A DNA stretch of 64,000 nt, from NCBI GenBank assembly GCA_964252035.1, contig OZ176212.1. The stretch is one strand, 5' to 3'. Numbering within the stretch: the stretch's first letter is position 1; each line of letters opens with the position of its first letter. The translations under genes were made by a program, and so were the position numbers. Origin of the DNA: Podarcis erhardii. Lineage: Eukaryota. Shown piece after piece: positions 34,901 to 46,878 of this stretch. The notes under the pieces were generated by a model. The model had not been told where the DNA came from, did no database searches, and saw only the letters and a program-made list of their open reading frames with translations.

Positions 34901-35752
34901 CTAACATGATAAAAATAGAGTGTAGGGGCTGCCCTTTGGGCTTAGACATATACAAATCGGTTATTTACAGGTACTGATCTGATCCCAGAACAAAAGCTGT
35001 ATCGAAATGCAGAGAAGTAGGTAGCCAGGCTTAATGGAGTTATTCTCATCATATTCAAACCTGTGACACATTTTAAACTGGGAGGGTCATATAAGACTAG
35101 CCTGACTTGGATGAGAACATCTGAATGAGAATTTCACCTCAAAGGAGAGGTGAGCTTTTAAGACAATTCACCCCAAACTTTCAGAGGTGAAGTTCAATAA
35201 TCAGAACAGAGAAGGGCTTTCCATCTTAAACTAGGTAAGTTTAAGTTGTGGCTCCTCTTGTGAAACCCTTCTTGGAAGAAATTTGGTGGGATGTGGGGAG
35301 GAGAGAACTCATGAATGAAAGAAAGACTCTCTCTTCTCACTGACTACACATTCAGATCTCCATTTCCCACCTTCCAAGCCAACTCTTCAGCTCTGAGATG
35401 GTCCCCCCTCCCCGACACCTCTGCCTGGAAGCAGTGGAACAGGCTTCTCAGTAAGCCTGGTTAGAGCTGGAGAATATTTCTGTACCACCTGATTACTTGA
35501 TACATGAAGTATTTACAAGGTATTAAGAAGCTGATGGGTGGTTAGTCTTTCTGTGAAGTCTACTTTGTCAAAATTGGTAAAGAGGTGAGAAGCAAGTCCG
35601 CCAACAATAAGATCACCAGGTTGGTAGTATTCATGTGGAATTCTGGACAGATCATGGATGGTGAGACATGTATGTTTGCACACCATATGAGGCAGATGAA
35701 AGAGAAGGGGCACAACAAACAGCAACATACTGAGGCAAATATTCTTTCTCAT
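28998..35752 (-). CDS. V2R gene D, complete 6-exon vomeronasal type-2 receptor (878 aa)
   Basis: Exons: 35752-35517, 33922-33640, 32776-31913, 30670-30443, 30173-30047, 29896-28998; total 2637 nt. Splice sites are canonical and the frame is open. Confidence 0.96.
31036..31143 (+). mobile_element. RTE-BovB (or Sauria-SINE-type) 3' stub in D intron 3
   Basis: Ends GTCCATGGGGTCACGAAGAGTCGGACACGACTGAACGACTAAACAACAACA, matching the tail of the BovB at 51636. TSD AAGCTGTCC at 31027-31035 and 31144-31152. Confidence 0.88.
31309..31398. repeat. 45-nt tandem duplication in D intron 3
   Basis: agaaactgcttgtaatggagcaggacagagc(a/g)agatcagattctc occurs twice; C has a single copy near 20655. Confidence 0.9.
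31575..31865 (-). mobile_element. LINE 3' fragment shared with C (22021-22305)
   Basis: Homologous insert at the same intron 3 position. Confidence 0.5.
34109..34229. mobile_element. Truncated Tigger/TcMar-type MITE in D intron 1
   Basis: Has the same truncation point as the copy in A (999-1119). Confidence 0.75.
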
Positions 35753-38088
35753 CCGACACCCTCATTTCCAGCTGGAAAATGAACCTTAGCTTCAGAACCA
35801 CGCTCAGTACAATATTCTGCCTTGACAGGAACAGCACTTCCCTACCAATTCACAGATTAAAATCCTATTTTACACCTCAACAAAGAGAAATGCAGAAATC
35901 CTCCATCTTCCTCTTCCCTCTCCCTTGCTTAGAATGGCAGGAAGGGGTTTTATGCCCATGTTTAGACTCTGGCTGGTATTGTCTGGAAATCTATGGAGAC
36001 ATTATTCATTAGAGACTTAGTCATGGCGAGATTGATAATTACAGCTGTGATGATAACTAGGTCTCTCTACATCAAGAACAACAAAATGACCAGAAAAAAA
36101 CACCAGCACATGCTTGTGTTATTTCATCAAAAGTGGTTTCTGTCTGTTTATGGGACAACAAAAGAGCATGCAAAAATAACTACAAGGAGGAAGAAAAGAA
36201 CAGAACAGTGGTCCAGTCTGCTATCAGTGCTGAAAAGCTTCATCTGAACAGGGAAATGATCAGTCTGACCTCCAAATTCCCCCCCTGAACATCTGTTCAT
36301 TAATTTACTGACAACTATACTAAAACTGAAAAATTGTGAAAGAGATTGAGTTATGACAGATGATTTGTGTAGGTAGCGAGATAAATTAAGTATAAAAAAG
36401 GAGAATTCCCTGGATGCCAAGATCCAGGTTTGGGGCAAGTGCTCTTTGTTGAGAGATCCCCAGCAGATATTTTCAATCACAAAATATTCAGCAAAGTAAA
36501 GTGTGGAAATATAGGTTGTTAGGTCTTAAAAATATACCCTCACGAGTTCCAAAACTTCCCTCTCCCCTTACCATTGAAAAGGACCACACATCTGGTCAGT
36601 GAAAACTGGCTTACTTACAAACTCTTCAAAGGTCAGGTTCATGTGTTTCTCCATACATCAGTCAGAAAACAGAGGCAGTAGCACTTGGCTTAGTTACAGT
36701 GGTGAAAGCTCCAAATTATTGGTATAGGAGTCCAAGAGAGGCTTCTTAGAGCCATGGTTTCTGAGCTTGTAGCAACCAGCTAAGACCTTAAATGTTGTGC
36801 CTCTTGGGTAGACTGATAGAGAGCAATAGGCCATGCATTTCTGGATAAAGCCTGCTGGCGTGGCCTATGATTCTAAAGGTTCGTAATTATGGTGAGGTAT
36901 GCTGGCTTTTGCTATTTTGGGGCTCTGCTCAAATTCCAAGAGTGTCTTGGTATCTTCCTTAAATGTAATTATAAGGTAAAATGGTTCTGTTTGGTGCTGC
37001 AGTCTCTCAATAACGTATTTGCTTCTATTTGCTGCTTTCACTTCTTATTGTAGGATTTCATCTGAATCTGGTATGTAGCTGCTTGGTTATGGCTATAACT
37101 TGTGGGCTTGTGGCTCAGCAGGCAAGCTTTTTGTCTTGGTGAATCCCAAGAATATCCAGCATCCAACCAGAGTTCCATGACCCAGAATTTTGGGTGACTT
37201 TGCTGTGGTGCTGTCAGGGTTGGTTTTCCCTGGTTATCCTTTGGTTAAAGGGTGTTGTCAGGAATGAGGTGCAATAACACATCCCAATGCTTTTACCAGC
37301 TAGCAAGAATAAAGGAACAAGGTATTAACTACCCAGGGAAGCTAGGATATCCACATTAGCACAAAAGCTTGCTCCAGACCAGCAGTAACATAGAACTTCC
37401 TTCTCAAGAATCCATACCAATCATTTGAAGCAAAAGGGATCCAAAGGTCCAAAATAAGTTGACAAATAAATCAACAGTTCAAAAGTATTTGGTGTACATA
37501 AAAAGTACACTTACAGATTTTTAAAGACTCTTGCTTAGCCCTAAGAAATACCTGCTCACAAGCCATGACACCCCCCCTGGTTTATGCATGTTCATTATAA
37601 GGCAGGTGAAAACAAGAAGGAAAACTGAAAGCCAAGTTGTGAGTGAAGCATGAGGTAGATGGTGGTTTATACCCTTTTTCTGGAACCTGATATAGTATCC
37701 CCCAATGAGACTGATGAATCATGACAGTAGCAGTTCCACTGAAACCTTATTTACCAAATAATCACATAGAAAGGAATAAGCAGAAGCTTTTTAAGCATCC
37801 CAATATCGGCTTTCTCTCATTCAGCTTCTAATTAACTGTTATCTGGTGTTCTAGTCAGGTCTTAATACTTTGCAGTACCCATGACAGTTTCTTAGTTTTC
37901 CAAATGCACCCAAACATTGAAAAAGGTTGAGGACCCCTATCTCAGAGAGACCACAGAGGATTTTTAAAGGAATTGCACATAGGAATTGTAACAGATAAAA
38001 TATAACATAGTTATAGGATGTAGAAAAGGGGAGATTAATTTACCCATATTCTGATAGAACAAATAAACAGAGATGATAGGTTAATTTG

Positions 38089-41000
38089 TTATTTCTTCTT
38101 TATTAACTTCTCCTTGCTGTTCAGATCAGGTCTCAACACAATGATGTAGCATTTGGGGGCAAAGATGGAACCAAGTAAGCCAGCACTGGAGGCCAAGATA
38201 GAGAAGATCTCCACAGCCACCATGTATTTCCCCTTGGTGCTCAGGTACACTGGAAGAAATGAGATCCAAACACTACAAAACAACAACATGCTGAAGGTGA
38301 TGAATTTGGCCTCATTAAAGCTGTCAGGCAGTTTCCTGGCAAAAAAGGCCACAACAAAGCTGACAATGGCCAAAAAGCCCATGTAGCTCAGGACACAGTA
38401 AAACAGGGCAACAGACCCTTCGTTACAGCCTAGAATGATTTCCCTCATCACAGACTGCATGTCAGAATCAGGAAATGGGGGAGAGGTTCCTAACCACACA
38501 GCACAAATGCCTGCTTGGATAAGGGAACAAGAAATCACAATGGAGCTTGCCAGTCTTTTCCCCACCCACTTCCTCATTCGGGATCCTGGTTTGGTGGCCA
38601 CAAAGGCCAGAACCACCGTGACAGTCTTGGCCAGAACACAAGAAACGGTCACTGTGAAAACAAGGCCAAAAGCCATTTGTCGGAGCAGGCAGCTCACTCT
38701 TTCTGGAGGGCTGAGGAAGATCAATGGGCAGAGGAAGCAGAGCAGGAGGAAAGTGAGGAGAGTGTAGGTGAGGTCCCGATTGTTTGCTCTGACAAGTGGT
38801 GTGTTCTGGTGTTTAATGAAGATGGCAAGGACCACCAGTGTGAGGAGAGAGAGAGAAAGAGCCAACAATGCTAAGCTCATCCCCAGAGGCTCTTTAAAAG
38901 ACAGGAAGCTGATGGTCTTTGGAATGCATTGCAATTGGTCTCTGTGTGGATAGTAATCTCCGGGGCACCCAACACAGTCATCCATGTCTGGAGAGAAAAT
39001 AATATATTCAGATTTCAGATGTTCTGGACAGCAACTACAAATGCTACCAGTGTGAAACTCTTAAGGTTAAAACAGAAATATCACAGATGTTTCCTTTATA
39101 CATTTGAAAAGTACCATGTATATATTGTGTCTCCTACCTTTCTGTGATGAAATCTTGCCTTGAGGACACGGAGCACAATTATAGCAGCAGAATGGCTCCC
39201 CCTCCTTCTTTTCCTTCCTGGAACCAGGAGGGCAATTTGAGTTACATACAGAAAGGGGTGGAACCTACCCATTTAAATAAATACATAAAATTGTAGCACA
39301 GAGAAATTATTAGCATTTATCCCCACCCACCCCCCAACTAGAAATAGGAAGACATTAAACTACTTATTCCAAACTCGGGGTCAAACTATTCATTTTACTG
39401 TTCATGCTTTTTTTTTAAAAAAAAAAAAGTGCGTTCAACCTGACCATCTTTGTGCTCTCTTCAGGCACCCAAAAAGAATGCATGAGGGCTCAAGTTGGGA
39501 AGCAAATTCAGAGTTTATTTTCACCAGCCCTGCATCCATTGTACCCATGCACAATGGGAATAACTGGTCCACGCCCGATTTTCTAATCATAGCACATGTT
39601 TAAAATTTTGCTTCTTTGAGAGGACAGGCGCATAGTGTCAAGAATGATCTACAAATATTGATAGACGCAAAAGAGGTTTCTCTCTGCTGTATATAACATT
39701 ATATTACAAAGCATCTTGTTTTTGTTGGTTGAAGGAATGGATGACACTGCAGATTCCACATATCTTAGATTTAGATTTAGATAATATCTATACATTGATT
39801 GATTGACTGATTGATTGATTGATTGGTCATGATAATATTTTATGTAGTGCAGAGAAAATATATTGAATCAGGCTGGAAAGCCAGGGATGGGCTGCACCAA
39901 TGATCTATAAGTGCAAAAACATTCTCTTTTCCCATCTCTCATGGATGTAGGAATTATGCCTCACCTGGTGAAAGCTTTGGTGCCACACCATTCTGTTGTC
40001 ATCAATGGAAATCAGCTGGCCTGGGACAGCCTCCCCACCCAGTCTTCCAACCTTGACTCTCCTGAAGGAGTTATTTGGAAAAGTGACCAGGTTGGTAATA
40101 TCAAAGCCAGCTTCTACTTCCCTGCTCTCACTGAAAGATACCGTTTCTCCAGCAGAGTTGTTAAAGGAGACACTCCTAAGGAAGGGATGGAGCTGAATTG
40201 GAAGAAAAATAGGAACTATGAAGAAATGCATATGTCTCTCCTTACTGACACTCAGGATGTCTCCAACGTTCAGTACTGGCAGGGATGCTATGCAAGCAGA
40301 ATCCACTCATTGGAATTAGTTCGTAAGGTGAGCATTCACAGAGAGAGCCAATGATTTCCTTTCTCTCCTATAGGGAAAATCCTAATGCATTCCCAACCAA
40401 GAAGAAATGAGAGAAAAATGCATTGTTTTCAGTTCCCACTGCTTGGATATGTCACACCCCACGGAAGAGAATCATAGGATAAACAGCCTCAAATAACCAT
40501 CATGCAGACATCTAATCAACACATGAAGGGGGCTAATGCCATGGAGTAAGCAGTCCTACCAGGCTTCGTCCATGTCACTTCCCTTCACTTTGGGAGCAAA
40601 TGGGCAACAAACCAAATTCACATTGTAACTTGCTAAACAGGTGAACTATCTTTCCGAAAGGGAAGTGGAATATTTTGGCGTTCACTGGAAAGAGCACATG
40701 TTAGGGTTTTGCAGTCTCTTATCTCCATGCCTTTATTTGCCTTTCTGTCAAATAAATTGTATGTTATGATAGGTATTACCTGCCAAGGCTGCAGTTTCTG
40801 AAGCTCCTGCATCCCTCCTTCCACCGCTGCCCTGTATTTGGTCCTTGACAAGAACATGGCATGTAGAGCATGTGCTATGGCATAGACAGCAGTATAGAGA
40901 CTGTAGCTGTGGCCAGACATGCTCATCTCAAAGCCAGACGAAGGGAGATTCTCCAGCTTCTCCTCTCCAGTGCAGGTTCCACTGTCCTGCTCCTCTGTAT

Positions 41001-43593
41001 TGGAGTTTGGAAATAAACAGAGAAATACCTGTGCCCAGAACTGCTTGACAAAGCCATTTCCATTTTCCTCAAAAGGATTTTGTGCCTGAAGAAAGGATTT
41101 GAATCCTTGTACAACATTTGAATGAACTGCAAAGGAGAGGGAACCCTGGAAGACTTGCATACCCATGCTCAGTTGAAAGGTCAGTGCTGGGAAATCCACC
41201 AGTGCTGTCAGAATCCACACCTTGCCCAAGGATGTCTTGGTCACATTTTCCAATTCACCAAGAGCTACTATGTCTCTCAAGGCAAGCATAGACTTTGTTT
41301 CTCCATAGAAAACCACCACCTTGGCTTTACTTTCCATAATAACTTGATAAATTTGAATCCAGTGCGGATAAAGGTCATAATACTCAGCCAAATATGTCGT
41401 TTTCAGGGTTGTCTCTGAGAAAGCCAAGCAAATACCTTTCTGGGAGAGCAGAGGTTTCATGGTCTGAATAAATCTCTCTCCACCTTCACTTTCTCTAGCA
41501 AGCAACCCAACCCACGTCCAACCAAAGTGCAGAAGTAACTCAACAATCCCAGTGTACTGATGGGCTTCATTGGGCACCATCTTGTAGAAGGAAGTGGATT
41601 GGCTCTGACTACCATCCTCTGGAGAAAAGGAGCCATAAGTGAGCTAGAAGGAAATACAGTAGCATCATGTATTATTGCAGACGGACTGAGTATGTGCATC
41701 CAGGGCCTTCCCATCCAGGAGGCAAAATGAGCCAGTTGCCTTAAGAAGGCAGGTTCCAGAAAGCTGGGAGGAGTGGCAGATTGCACCCTGTGTTTCTCAG
41801 CTTCCAGCTCCTTCTCCGCCATCCCTGCATGCCCAGTTTCCTGCTCTCCTGCTCTCCTCTCCTCCCTCCTCCTTTTCTTTCTCCCCTTTCTCCTCTATGC
41901 CTTCCCAAGCTGCTGCTTTCCTCTCCCCTGTTTCGTTCATGTTGCTTCACCACAACATTTCAGCTCCTGATTTCATGGTGTCTTCCCTTCCTTTCTCAAA
42001 CCACTAACACACAGAATCCCCATGAAGTGTCACAATACGTGGGCAGCTGACTCCTGGTAGGCAGGCTTCCAGCTTTGCAAGAGAGCAGCTTTTCTCTCCA
42101 ACCAGTAGGCCATGGAGCAAAGGTGAGAGGGTGTCAGTTGTCGGAAAGGAATTTGGATACATGTTTTTAGGTGTGTGTGGACAAGGAAGTGGTGTGAGAG
42201 GCGAACTCTTCTACCATCACATTACCTTGTGAAGGGCAGAATCACTCTCCTTTGTCTCTCACAACTATTTCTATATTAAATAAATCCTTTCTGAATAGAA
42301 GATATCATGGTGAATGTGTGAAATCCTCAAGGCAGCATCTTACCTGGGGAATCTTGTAGATCCTCAAGATGTTTGCCAGGTAGATGGAGGTATCCAAGTC
42401 CAGCCCCCCAATAACTGCCGCCAGGTGTTTCTGGTTGTTGCACTTGTAGTTGGGCACAAGTATGGAGGGAAGGTTCAGAGCAGCCCAGTAGGTCATCCTT
42501 TCATCAAAGTAACTGTCATAGATGCGGAATCCCAGTGTAATATTAGGCAAGATCTTGGCGTTCTCATTGATCTCCTTGACAGAAAGTTCCAAGGCCAGAA
42601 TATGCTGGTAGTTCTTTGGCACAATACTGCAATGAGAATTTTATGCTGTATCATAGAGAGATATACTATGCATGTTTTTCAGTGGCCTCTTTATGATTCT
42701 TGAGTTTTTTATGGTACATTTTGCCCTAAATTACACATATCTGCAGAACAATTTCCCCTAAAAGAGCAGAATTTCAGCTTAAGGTAGGACTCATTCAGAC
42801 TTTCCCACTCTTGCCATTTTTCTCCAGGAAAATCTGATCTTTACCACTGAACTCTCACCTCCCTCATCACGTCTCCCAACTGACAGTGAACTGACATTTC
42901 TTCACTGATCACTATCTTCAGCTGAATACACTTGGAATGTATCTATTCCAGGCCCTGTCTATAAATATTAAAGACAATCGTCTAGCCTGACTTGGATGAG
43001 AACCTGAGGGGTTATTCAAGCATCACCTCAAAGGAGAGGTGAGCCTTTAATACCCCCCACACAAGAGTTTCTGAGGTGAATATTAAGAACAGAGAAGGGC
43101 TTTCCATCTTAAACTAGGGAGGTTTAATCCTCCTCTTCTTAAACTCTCCTTGGAAGAGATGTGGTGGGATGTGGGGAGGAGAGAACACATCAACAAGACC
43201 AGGCTCTCTCATCTCACTCACACATTCAGATCTGCATTTCCCTTCAGTGGAAGTAAATCCCACTGAACTCGGGGGAACCAGCTTCTGAGGAGGCCTGGTT
43301 AGAGCTGGGGGATATTTCAGTATCATTTGATTATTTGACATTTGATGTCTTTACTGTGTATTAAGGCGCTGGTGGATAGTTAGTCTTTCTTTGAAGTCTT
43401 CTTTGTCAAAAGCAGCAAATAGATGAGAAGCAAGTCCGCCAACAATAAGATGACCAGGTTGGTAGTATTCATGGGGAATTCTGGACAGATCATGGACGGT
43501 GCAACTCGTGGTATGTTTGCACACCAGATGTGGCAGATGAAAGAGAAGGGGCACAATAAACAGCAGCATGCTGAAGCACATATTCTTTATCAT
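38089..43593 (-). CDS. V2R gene E, complete 6-exon receptor (879 aa), apparent type II/type I hybrid
   Basis: Exons: 43593-43355 (239 nt; an in-frame upstream ATG at 43608 is possible), 42626-42344, 41643-40780, 40192-39965, 39264-39138, 38987-38089; total 2640 nt. Splice sites are canonical. Confidence 0.95.
39449..39915. other. Unclassified E-specific insertion/replacement in intron 4, with a (GATT)n tract
   Basis: Replaces about 70 nt found in B-D; (GATT)n at about 39795-39825. No TSD or family recognised. Confidence 0.5.
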
Positions 43594-44133
43594 CAGCCTT
43601 ATTTCCATCCAGCACATGAAATTTGCTTCACAATCAATCTCAATACAATATTCTGCCTTGTCACCAAAGACACCTCTAAAAATTCACAGATTAAAATCCT
43701 ATTTTATAACTTGATTAAGAGAAAGGTGAAAATCCTTCCTCTTTCTCTGTCCTCTCCCTTGCTGAGAATGGCAGGAAGAGGTTATAACACCCATGTTTTG
43801 ATATTGTTAGTATTCTCTGGAAATCTTCTGAGACATTATCCAAGGGAGACATAGACATGCTGAGAGTGATAATTATAGGTGAGAAAATAACAAGCTCTCT
43901 TTACCCTGTTTCTGATGGTTTATTCAAAGTTCTTTCAGACTGTTTATGGGACAACAAAAGGGCATGCAGACTTTACAGCTACGAGGAAGAGAAAAAACAG
44001 TGGGCCAGGCTCTTGTCAGTGTTGACCAGTGCAAATGATTCATCTGACCTAAGGTTTCCGACCTGACAATTCTGACAATTATACCGAGATGAAAGAATGG
44101 TGAGAAGGACACCTATTTGTGTACCCGATGGAA

Positions 44134-44135
<2 letters not shown>

Positions 44136-44178
<43 letters not shown>

Positions 44179-45336
44179 TTATTTATTTATTATTGGTACC
44201 CCGCCCATCTGGCTGGGTTTCCCCAGCCACTCTGGGTGGCTTCCAACAGAATATTAAAATACAATAATCTATTAAACATTAAAAGCTTCCTTAAACAGGG
44301 CTACCTTCAGATGTCTTCTAAAAGTCTGGTAGTTGTTTTTCTCTTTGACATCTGGTGGGAGGGCATTCCACAGCGCGGGTGCCACTACCGAGAAGGCCCT
44401 CTGCCTGGTTCCCTGCAGCTTTGTTTCTCACACTGAGGGAACCGCCAGAAGGCCCTCACAGCTGTACCTCAGTGTCCAGGCAGAATGATGGGAGTGGAGA
44501 TGCTTCTTCAGGTATATTGGACGGATGCCATTTGGAATTTTAAGGTCAGCACCAACACTTTGAATTGTGGTCGGAAATGTACTGGGAGCCAGTTTAGGTC
44601 TTTCAAGAATGGTGTTATTTGGTCTCGGCGGCCCCTCCCATTCACCAGTCTAGCTGCTGCATTCTGGATTAGTTGTATTTTCCAGGTCACCATAAATGCA
44701 TGGGGAAGAGGACAGAACCCTGAGGCACCCCACAAGTGTGAGCCCAGGGGTCTGAACACTCACCTCCTCCACCACTTTCTGAATATGGCCCAGGAGGAAG
44801 GAGCGGAACCACTGTATGACAGTGCCCCCAGCTCCCAGCCCCTCTAGATGGTCCAGAGGGATGTTATGGTTGATGGTGTCAAAAGCCGCTGAGAGATCCA
44901 GCAGAACTAGGAAACAGCTCTCACCTTTGTCCCTAGCCCACTGAAGATCATTGATCAGTGCGCCCAAGGCAGTTTCAGTCCCATGATGAGGCCTAAATCC
45001 CAACTGGAAGGGATCCAAATGGTCCGCTTCTTCCAGGCGTGCCTGGAGTTGTTCAGCAACCACTCGCTCAATCACCTTGCCCAAGAATGGAAGATTTGAG
45101 ACTGGGCGATAGTTGACCACATTGGCCAGGTCTAAATACATTTTTTTAAGAAGCAGTTTTATGACAGCCTCTTTCAGTGGGTCTGGGAAAGCTCCCTCAT
45201 GGAGAAAAGCATTCACCACCCCGCAAAGCCCATCAACCAGCCCTTCCCGCCTAGCTTTTATAAGCCAAGATGGGCAAGGATCAAGGAGACAGGTGGTCGG
45301 TTTCACTCGTCCAAACAGCCTGTCCACATCCTTGGA
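44136..45336 (-). mobile_element. L2 LINE, 5'-truncated and internally deleted, upstream of gene E
   Basis: RT segment NYRPVSNLPFLGKVIE...GFRPHHGTETAL...LLDLSAAFDT (44650-45351) is joined directly to the KIQLIQNAAAR 3' segment. (AAT)n tail at 44136-44180 and a probable TSD GGAAAA (44130-44135 and 45337-45342). Absent at the paralogous site near 60040. Confidence 0.9.
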
Positions 45337-46372
45337 GGAAAAGCACCTCACAACTGGTTGGTGGGAGGGTATATAGAAGTAATAAATAAAAAGTAGTGTG
45401 TGGTGGTATTATATTTACTAATAAAATGGAGCTTAATTTCACTCATGTTCAAAATGTTTTACTCCAAAATATTCATTCAGAAGCAGGCTGCCCCATTTTT
45501 TAACAATAAACCCATTAAAAAAACCAAAAATTGTTATTCATTGAATTTTAAGTTTAAAAATCCCCACGAGGAACGGTCTAGTGCTTATTGCCCATGACTA
45601 CAGGAATCCCACACTGTACACAATAAATAAACAAATAATTTAATTAATAGCCAGAAATGGATCGAGAGAGCTGGAGAGTTCTCATGGCTTGTGAGGGCAG
45701 AGACTGGAGGTGCAGCAGGGGGTTGTTTTTGCTACTCAGCTCCCCCCCCCCCACGTGACAGCTAATGCACATAGAAGAGCAGCAGAAACAGCAACTTTCC
45801 CCACACATCCCCCAGTCAGCCCCCAAAATTCCACATGTGGGTATTTTATGTGCAGTGTTCTTGATCAGGAAAGGAGAGAGAGAAGTATAGAAGACATTCA
45901 AAGGGTTTTAGAGGGTGCTCTCCACTTATCCAATCTTCATTTATGTGTGGGGGGGGGGCACTTGAACATAACCCACAAGTAAGTGGGACTCGCTGTACTG
46001 AAATCTCTGAGACTGGCTAATCATGACAGTAGCAACTCTACAGAAACTTTGATGAGAGGAAAAAACCTAGAAAGGAATGAGACTTTTAAATAAAAATAAC
46101 GCCTCTCAATGTATTATTTTTTCTGTTCAGTTTCTAATCAATTACCCTCTGAGGTTCTAGTCAGGTCTGAATATTTTATGGTACTGATGGCAGTTTTTTG
46201 GTTTCCAAATAATGCTTAAGGTTAAAACAAGATAAGGGGCTCCTGTTACAGAGAGACCATATTTTGGTTTTAAAAGAAATTGCACATAACAATTGTAACA
46301 TGTAAAATATAACACAATTTAATGGTGTGGATAAAGAGAGATTACATTGCTCATATTTTGGTAGGAAAACCC

Positions 46373-46848
46373 TGTGATGTTACCATATGTGAGAGAGTGC
46401 TGGAGGGGAAATAGTTAAATAGGCTGCACAGACAGGACCCGGGGGGGGGGGGGTGGAGTCAGCGGGCCTATAAAACTAGTTCTGAGAGGAGTTCTAGGGG
46501 GAGTTCGTTGGGAGTTGTGGGTGGGTAGTTGGTTGGTTTTTGAGTGGGTTTGCTGGTTGGGAAAGGCAGTTGGTAATAGAGAGACAGTTAGGGCAGTTGG
46601 TCGAGTGTGGGGTGGTAGCAGAGATACAGAGAGGAACATAAGACTAAGAAAGTAAAGAGGAACACTGTTTGGAATGCTGTAATAGTTTTGTTTTAAGTCT
46701 GAAATAAAATACACTCTTCTTTATGAAATGAAAAGCTGACTGAGACTGAAGTGAATTTTACCAGGAAGGACCTGGTTGGTGGCAGAGGATTAGTGGGGTA
46801 AGGGTCACTAGTCTGTGAGACAACTGGGGGCTCCGTACGAACACCACA
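46373..46848 (+). mobile_element. Solo LTR (476 nt), 30 nt downstream of the F stop codon
   Basis: TGTG...CACA termini and a near-TSD AAACCC/AAGCCC. TATAAAA near 46468 and AATAAA near 46704 on the + strand. Absent in the G flank. Confidence 0.75.
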
Positions 46849-46878
46849 AAGCCCCCACAAAGATGAAAAGATAATTCA

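Noticed and set aside
37256-37692. Possible solo LTR (TGTCAGG...CCTGATA) in the D-E spacer
   Set aside because: There is no matching TSD, the terminus is imperfect, and no clean empty site was found. It remains an unclassified insertion.
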